In this document: one piece after another, positions 51,501-60,500 of the stretch | Layout: each line of letters starts with the position of its first letter | Numbering within the stretch: the first letter of the stretch is position 1 | NCBI GenBank assembly: GCA_013265495.1 | Contig: MU058451.1 | Location: 2,084,167-2,148,166, forward strand | Source: Vicugna vicugna | Lineage: Eukaryota | DNA: 64,000 bases | Direction of reading: 5' to 3' | Translations under genes and position numbers: made by a program | The notes under the pieces: model-generated | The model's input: only the letters and a program-made list of their open reading frames with translations | Databases searched by the model: none | What the model was told of the DNA's origin: nothing

Positions 51501-54500
51501 AGTGCAGAAAAATCTCAGCAGCATTCAGTGAAATAATGATTAATATTTGAGTTAAATGCATTTTATCTATAAACTCAACCCTCAAAACAGTCTGGATTCG
51601 TGCTTTTTTTTTTTTAAATCACCCCCATTTTACGGATGAAGAAGCCAAGACAAAAGGAGGTTAAATAAAAAGCCGTTGGTCACATAGATTGTGAACTGGA
51701 ACCAGACCCAGAATTTGAAGTCATACATTTCTGACTTAACAGCCCATGTCCTTAAATGCTGAGAAAGACCGTCTCAATGGAAGAATAGACAGAATCATAA
51801 CAAATAAAATTTATAAAAATGTGATGAGGTTACATGTTTTACTTTAAAATATATTTACATTTATTTTTTGAAAGTTGATACTGAAGAATTTAGTGAGCTT
51901 CAGGTAAATGCTATTTCATAAAAAATATATCAATAAACTATAAGATTCCTCCAAAATGAAGAATAAGTAATATGAAGTGTTTTGGGAGGTTGGATCAGGT
52001 TGCTTCTATAACTGTCAGATTTAAACTTTAAACTACTAATTGATTTTAGCTGTAAATGGTGAGATTAAGCAAAAAATCTCTCCCACACATTCTCAATTTT
52101 CTTTTTGGTAATATTTTATATGATCAAATTTTATAATAGTCTGTTTTCTAGCCATAATTCTCATAGTAGTTTAATCTGTATTTAAATTGATTATTGCTCA
52201 TCACTAACCCTTTGGTTAGGATTTTTCTGCCTTTAACTCCATTTTGATTTATTTCTTGTTTGACTGGGTTTTTAAAACCTTGCCAGGTCCCAGAGTCAGT
52301 GCACTGGGCCCAGGTGAATGGTGTGCAGGCAGTAAGTTGTACTGAAAGGAGGAACTTGGGACCAAGGGCACATTTTGAGTAAGTAGCAAAACACTGTAGC
52401 AAAGAGTCCAGTTCCCTTCCCCAGGAGAGAGTAGTTATGCAGTGGCCAGGCTGGGGTTCCCTTGGCTCACTTAGGCGCCCGATTAACTGCAGAAACTGTT
52501 TAATATCAGGAAGTGACTAGCCTTGTACATTAACCAAGAGCTGCAGGGATGCTTAGGGCCCATGGTGGACTACCTCTTCCTCACACGTAAATTTAGAATA
52601 ATCTTGTTAAGGTCTACAAAGAACCCTATTGAAATTTTGATTTGAAATCACATTGTAATAGTAGGTAATTTTGCAGAGCGCTGACACAATTGTTGTCTTC
52701 CTATGTATGAACGAAGTATTTTTCTCTGTTTCAAGAAATATATTTCTCTATTTAGATTGTCATATGTATTTTTTCTTAGAACATGTGTATGTGTGTACAC
52801 ACATATAGTAAAGTGTTATAATTTAGTGCATACAGATCTTGATTGCTTTTGCTCGGTTTATCCCTAAGAATATTATATATTTTGTTACTGTTGTAACTGT
52901 TACCTTTTTATTATTTTAGTTAAATATTTTAACTGTTGCTAATGTACAGATATACTGCTGAGTTTTGTTTATTGATCTTATCTTATTATCCAGCCATCTT
53001 GCTAAACCCTTTTTAATTATATTTGTAGATTCTTTGAGGTTTTCTGTACAGCACAACATGGGGGTTGGGGGCACCGGCCCCTGTGCGGTCACACAGTCTG
53101 CTGTCTGCCTGAAAAACAAAGGAATTGATAAATGACTCACTCGAGGGCAGGAAGTCATTTCCTGGAACTCTTGGGATAGAATCAGGAGGACTCAAACCCA
53201 AGTTCTTTTGATTCTTCATATTATGATTTCTAATCAAACACAAACTTTCCCTTACACTTAAAGATTTATAAAATGAGAATGCTATATAGTTACTGAAAAG
53301 ATTCCATGTATAAGTAGACCCATTAAGGTCCAACCCATGTTACTTAAGGGTCAACTACATAAATAAGTTTCCTTCAATACTTACCATTACATTTCTTTTC
53401 AGTTGAATATCCATTTATTGTCTTGTCTTACTAAACTGTGAATAATAAGAAAGAGGAAAGGGTTTACTTTATACACTGTGTCAGACACTCCTTAAACATT
53501 ATCTTAAGAAATTTCAACAATCCTATAAGGTAAATATTATTCCTTTTTTTAACAGATGATGAAAGGCAGGCTCTGGAAGGTGAGATGACTTCTTTTAAAG
53601 ACATAAAAGAATCAGGATTCAAAATACACCCCCTTTGGCTTTCTATTTTATTTTTTCAGTTCTGTAACTGACAATCAGCAGTTCTCATCCATGTTAACTG
53701 TCATAGATTTTTGAAAGTGGTGATGGGTACATAGGTAACCAACATATGGAGCTTGTTTGGTGATCTTAATCCTCCTTACAGTTTTTGGTGATAGTATTTC
53801 TACTTTTAGGTGGACGAAAGGAAAAAGAAAATAGTAGGCGAGCCACTGAAAGCAAGAGAATACGTGTTTTAAACAGTCAGCCTGTAACTCCTAAGAAATG
53901 TCAATCTAGGAAAAGACAGGTATTTGTTTATTATAATTGAATAATACTTAATGGATATTAAAGTCATAACTTGAATAATAGTGATTGTTTCACATTGTTA
54001 CTATTCAACCCTAAAAAATCTTGAGTGCGAAATCTCTCTTTTCCATACTAGATTAGATGACCCACATTGTAAAGATATTCTTAAGTTGGGTGTTGATAGC
54101 ACAACTTATTTAGAATTATTATATTGTTATTATTTTATATTTTTATCGTCCTAACAGATTCAGTTTGAATGATCTTTCTGTGCTTTTTTTGAAAAAGAGA
54201 AGAATATACCGTTTGAGAAAGAATTTTTCTAAATGTCTTATTGTTGAGGTGCTGGGACTAGGGTCAGATCCTAGGCTACCGTGCCTTCTTCCCCAGTGGG
54301 TATGGCCAGCAGCTCCTGCTTTTGATTTGCTTCCTGCAGGTATTTCTGTGTGTGATTCCTTATTTAGCTCAATCACCTCTACTTTTTGGAGCTATTGCTA
54401 ATCAAGGGAGGCCCCTGCTGTTGTTTGCAGGCCAGGGATTTAAGGTGTACGCCTCAGGATGTGTTCCTCACTTTGGGAAAGTGTACACAGCAGGCTTTCT

Positions 54501-57500
54501 GAGATGGATAGATAGAGTGGCTGTGCCACACTTCTTCACATACCTTTTGTCAATTTCTGCCAATAATGTACTGCCTTCACCTATATTCATTCAAGTCAAA
54601 GGATTCTACTAATTTTCTGTTTGGGATTTCATTTCTTTCCTTGTTGCTGCTTGGTGAATTCCCAAGGGAGGATGAAGAAATGTTGAACGTTATGCCATTA
54701 TATGTAGCCAAAAGTCATGTATTTCTGTCTTTGATTTTTTTCCACTTTGAATGTATTGAACCAAAGTGTAGATTTTTCGGTGTTTATCCTACTTTGTGTT
54801 CTCCATCCTGGATCTGTTTCGATTTTTTGTTAATTTTGGAAAATTTTCAGCCATAACTATTTCAAGTCTTTCTTTCCTTCTGGTGTCCCATTATGTGTAT
54901 GTTATACCTTTTGTAATTGTCTCGCAGTTTTTGCTACTCTTTTCTTTTTCTCTCTCTCTTTTTTTATTCTTAAAGCTTTTCAGTTTAGGTAGTTTCTGTT
55001 AACTTCAAGCTCACTGAATTCTTCATCAGTGTTTAGTCTGCTGATGATCTCATCAGAGGCATTCTTCATTTCTGTTATTGTGTTGTTGATTTTTAGCAGT
55101 TCCTTTTGATTCTTTTTTTGAGTGTGAGTTTGTTTTTGAAGTATTTTTTAAATGGCTTTGTTTTACTTGTTTCTTTAATTTTTAGGCCGGGGTGGGGGGT
55201 AATTAGGCTTATTTATTGATTTATTTATTTTTAGAGGAGGTACCAGCAATTGAACCCAGAATCTTGTGCTTGCTAAGCATGCATTCCACCACTTGAGCTA
55301 TACCCTCCCGCCTCTTTCGATTCTTTCTTAGGGTTTACATCTCTGCGTACATTTACTGATCTGTTTTTACATGTTACCCATTTTTTTCATTAGTGGTAAA
55401 ATGCATATTGGCATATTAATCATAGTTATTTTAAATTCCCAAGCTGGTTATTTCAAAATCTCTGCCATAGCTGAGCTCGATGCTGCTGTTTCTTCAGATT
55501 GTGTTCTGCCTTTTAGTGTACCTTAGAATTCTTTGTGGATAGCTGGACATGATGTATCAGGTAAAAGGGACTGAAGTAAGTTGGACTTGAGTGTGAAGTT
55601 TTATATTTGTCTGGCTAGGAGTTAGGCTTTCTTTACTGTTCACTGTAGCTGTGGGTGTCAGGGACTGAAGTTTCCTTGTTTTTGTCTCCCTTGTTTTTTG
55701 AGTTTCCCTCGAGACTCCTTAGTAACTAAGGGTCTGAGATAGCTCTTTCAGCTGAGGCACTTAATATACAGGAGCTCAGATAATATGCTAAGGTGGGGAC
55801 AGGTAGGGAAACATTGTTTAGCTCTCTGGTTGTCTCATTGTTTTAGTAAGCTTGTATCCTGGGCTAAGACACTTCACATGTGCTTCTCAGCTTTTATTTC
55901 CCTCTCTTGAATAAGACAGGAAGGCTAGAGGGGGCTGAAGTTGAGTATTTCCACAAGTCAAAGATTAGTTTCTCTTGAGGGCAGGCATTGTTAATGGGAA
56001 CAGGATGCTCTGGATGTAGTTCAGAATTGGTACTTTCCTTCTTCCGCCTGCTAGAAGTAGATTTTTCTTTCATCTTCACCCTGAGAACTTGGAGCTTTTT
56101 GGAGGGAAAACTCACAAGTTCATAGGCCCCCCAAGATTGTGCCCCTGGAGTCTTTAACTCAAGGTTGTTCACAGTGAGCCTCCATCAATTTATCCATCAT
56201 AGTAAATGTTCCTACCAGTACTGGTCCCAGCCATGAGCTGCTTCCAGTCTCCTGCTTCCAGTCAGCTGTGATGCTCTGTATCCACCTTTCTGTCTTTCTG
56301 CTTTTCAAGATAGCAGGTTGCCCTGTGACATTAATTTTCTGAGAAATCTAGGAAGTGTTGTTGACTTTCAGTTCGTTCAGTTTTTCTCTTCTTGTAAGGA
56401 CTGGGATGATACTTCCAAGCTCTCTGTGTTAGTCCAAAATCCAGAAGTCTCTGTCTCATACATTTATCTTTCCCTGTGGTTCTTCTGGCAGTAATTCTAA
56501 ATGGGATTATAGGTGTTATTAACTATATATCAGAAAACAGTTTCTCTGTATTTTTTGTATTTGAAACAAAATGTAGGATATCAACTACATAATTTTAAAG
56601 AGTAGAATATAGGTGGTATTGTCTGAATCACTGTTTACTCTGCCAGAAAATAATTACTTCCACTTTTTGGTGGGATAACTTATTTCATTGAGTGACTGAT
56701 TTTACCTTATTTTGTGTTGAGATTTCAGTTCTTTAGAAATTTTTATTGCAGTAGACTGCAATTTCTTGTGTAATTTCTTGGACAGTTTCTTTTTGCTGCA
56801 TTTGTATGTTAAACAGAAAAAGGTATTTCTGCCTGCCTCATCACAATTTAAAAAGAGGTCTTCCTTTTGTAAATTTATTCAAGAAAAAAAGTAGATGCTG
56901 AACAATACTTTTTCCCATAGATGATATATAATGGGAGTTACTATATAGTATTTGTTTTAATTATAAATGATCTTTTTTGTACACATCATCTGTTTTATTT
57001 TAAAACATGTCTACACTGCATTTGAGCACCAAGACAGATGTGACCAAGAAACCCACAGTCCTGTCTCAGCAGGCAGTGGGTCCAGTGTATGACTTTTGAG
57101 GTATTATTTTTCCCAGTAACAGAAAAATGAGAGGATAGGAAAGATGAAATGAACATTACTCTCAACTCCTGTTCAGGAATCTGAGTGATGAAATGGAATG
57201 ATATTTAACTTTGAAAAGCTCTTCTAACGCACCTTCTCTCAAACTAGTTAATGTTTAAAGGTGGAACCTGGGGTGGTGGACCAGCTGGACCTGAGCAACA
57301 CAAGGGCACACAAGGAATGTGTAAAACAGCATCCATGCCTTACTGCAAGAAATGGGGAACAGGCTGTGCTTTCTGACTGATAGTTCACTTTTTCCTGTTT
57401 TATGAATTCGTACAAGTTTAGAGGCTGTCAGAACTGCACAGCCACAACTGTGATGCAGCATCAGCACAAAAAAACCTCTTTATTTTGTCAGTTGGAAAGA

Positions 57501-60500
57501 ATCCATTTGACCTATGGGAAGAAGTGTCCTGAATAGGGTGATGCCAATACATAATATTCAGTTATGACCCCAAAGAAATATGTGGTTTATATTGAAAAGT
57601 AGGAATGTCTTTTATTTTTAAATTGTCTTTCTGTTCAGCTGTGTTTTTTTTTAAATTAGTATTTGATAAGGTTATGTTAGCCTCCTATGTCTTTCCTCTA
57701 AGGGAGAAAGTAAATATTAGAAGACTGGCAGGTTGTTTCTCAGGCACACACAGGGTTTCTTTCTGTTTGGGGACTACTTTGGTTCTTAGCTTCTGGAATA
57801 ATTGCACTTCTGTCACCCTTGGGCCTCCAGCAGTGTCCTCACCATCCAGCGCTGAGACCTCCATATTCCAAAACAAAGTAGCCAACCTGAAGGACTTGCA
57901 TCGTGGGAAAGAGAGGTCACCTCCCTTTGCTTTTGGCTCCCCATCATCAGAGGGAAGTGAAGGGGGCAGGTAGGAGCATACCTCTTGGGGCATCAGATCA
58001 TCGCTAGAGAAGGCAGCAGAGCAAGCCTAGAGCCTGCCTGGTAGCCCTGTTGTGAGAAACAAAATGCCTTCCCCAAAGTGTACACTTCCTACTTAAGATC
58101 TTAAGTAGATGCTTTTGAAATGATTTATCTGGGCCAGTGAAAGGCAGTTGCTCATTATATATTATCCAAGTTCAGATTTTCTACTTGATCATGCACACCA
58201 AACCAGGCTTTAAAAACAGACCAAACTAGACTGGAATATGTGCATTTCAACAGATCAGAAGTTGCAAGATGCTTATACCATTTACTGACATAGCACTACA
58301 CCCAAGGACTCCATTGGTGTGAATAAATAGCATTTTTAAAGGCTTAGAAAACATTATTTTATCCTCTAAAAGGCATTAGAAATGATACGCAGTTTTTCAA
58401 CATTAGTTATATAAACTTTTTGGCCTTAGGAAAGAAAAAGATTGGTGCATTTTAATTTGTTACGTGCTTTTTGTATGTTTTGAGTTGTGCCCATGGCTAG
58501 GATTGTTTTGTTGTTTGTTTTTTTTTTAATTGAATTATTTTTTACTTCTAAGAAAAGCAAGAACCAAAAGAGAATAGCACTAAGGGCACAGCTTTTGCTT
58601 ATGTCCTGAAATACAATGTCTAAAACTCTTTGTTAACCTTGTGTCATTATGAATGGGATCTAGCAGTAAGTCAAATGTCCAGTGTATAATATGAAGAAAC
58701 AAAAAGAGTTTTAAGCCAAAGAGTAGACTTAACAGTTGTACTGCCCTTACGTTTTCTTTCTGATCTGACGCTGATAAGCTGATTGTGTCACTTACTCAGT
58801 TCTATCTGGACAACAGAAGTTGGCCTCTTTAAACTCTAAACTTTTAAAGATTACAGTTTTTATTTGCTACATGATCACTTATTCTATGTGATGTTTTTCA
58901 AGACTCTTTAACCTTTAAATCATAGATAAAATTAACCAACAGCCGTTAAGAAAATATGTAGATGAAACAAAATAAGCCATAATCACTGTGTAACAATAAT
59001 ATATCAAGTTATAATTGCTCTTTTTCAGTAGAAAGAAAAAAACTAAATATTTAATGTTAAACACATCTTTTCAGTTAACCTTTATTGACAACAGTATAAC
59101 CTTTTTCTTGATCAGAGGTTGACAGACTATTTCTATAAAGGGCCAGGCAGTGAATATTTTAGGCTTTGTGGGACATACACAGTTTCTGTCACATGTTCTT
59201 CTCTTTCTTTTTTAAAATGTAAAGACCATTGTTAGCTCCTGGGCTGTACAAACAGCCTGGGGCTGTATTCTGGCCATCACTTGCCCAGCCCTTGCTGTGT
59301 ATGAGCCACTGCAAAATACTGCTTAAACTTCTGTTGTACCCAGAAACTTACATAGTATTCAAGCAGAGAGTGTTATTTCTTGAGAGAAATAGGGTTTTCT
59401 AGTGTATCAGAATCCATCTTTGCTGTCTACTAAGTAAAGTAATATTGCTCAGATCATAACAAGAAAACAGTACTGTGTGTGAGGTTGGGATAAATCAAAG
59501 ACTACTTGTTAAAACTGAATAAACCTGTAGCAGCTACTTACACAACAAAAATTCTTAACTTGGGGACCATAAAATTGATGGGTTTTTTTTTTCAAAGGGG
59601 AGTCCAAGTGGCTTCTGAAATGTCATGTAGAATTTGGTATTCCTTCACTTGTCTGTAAAGTGGATCCATAGTTTCATCACATTCTCAAAGATTTATGTGA
59701 CCCTGAAGATGAATAACCCACTGCTGAAGTACTTGTAAAGTAAGTACGTGCCACGCCCTTAAACTCCTCCCCTGCACGTACAAAATTTACATCTCCTTTG
59801 GTTTTGTGTCTATTAGAAGCTTCCAGTGTGGTAAGGCTTTGTAGGAGCGGTGGCTGGTGAGGGAAGTGGACTGGCATGGTCAGTACGGAAGGTCGTAGGA
59901 GGGACGTCAGTCTGTGTGGAGGTTGAGTGGCCGTGCACTGATACCGGCCGTGCAGTCGCTGATGGGTGGCAGCTCTGACTCCTGCAAGAGGTATGCTTAT
60001 GGTCACTGTCAGGGTGTGACATTGGGCCGTAGACAAGACAGTTTTCTTTTCGTGTTTGTTTACAAGCACTTTGAGGATCTTTGTAATACTGTATCAGACA
60101 ACTGAGCTGGATATTTTTTCTTTAATTGTAATAGAATACACAAAGCAAAGTTTGCCAGCTTAACCATTTTAAAGTGGCATTAAACACATCGTTGTGCTAC
60201 CATCACCACCATCCATCCACAGAGCTCTTGCCATCTTGCAAAACTAACTCTACCCGTAAAACAATTCCTCATTCACCCCTCCCCCAAGCCTCTGGCGACC
60301 ACCATTCTACTTTCTGTCTCTGAATTTGATTATTTAGGTACCTCATATAAGTGGAATCAATACAATATTTGTTCTTTTGTGCTTGACTTGTTTCACTTAG
60401 TGTAATTTCCTCAAGGTTCATTTACACTGTATTATGTGTCAGAATTTCCTTTTTAAAGCTGAATAATATCTCATTGTATTTATATGCCACATTTTGCTTA

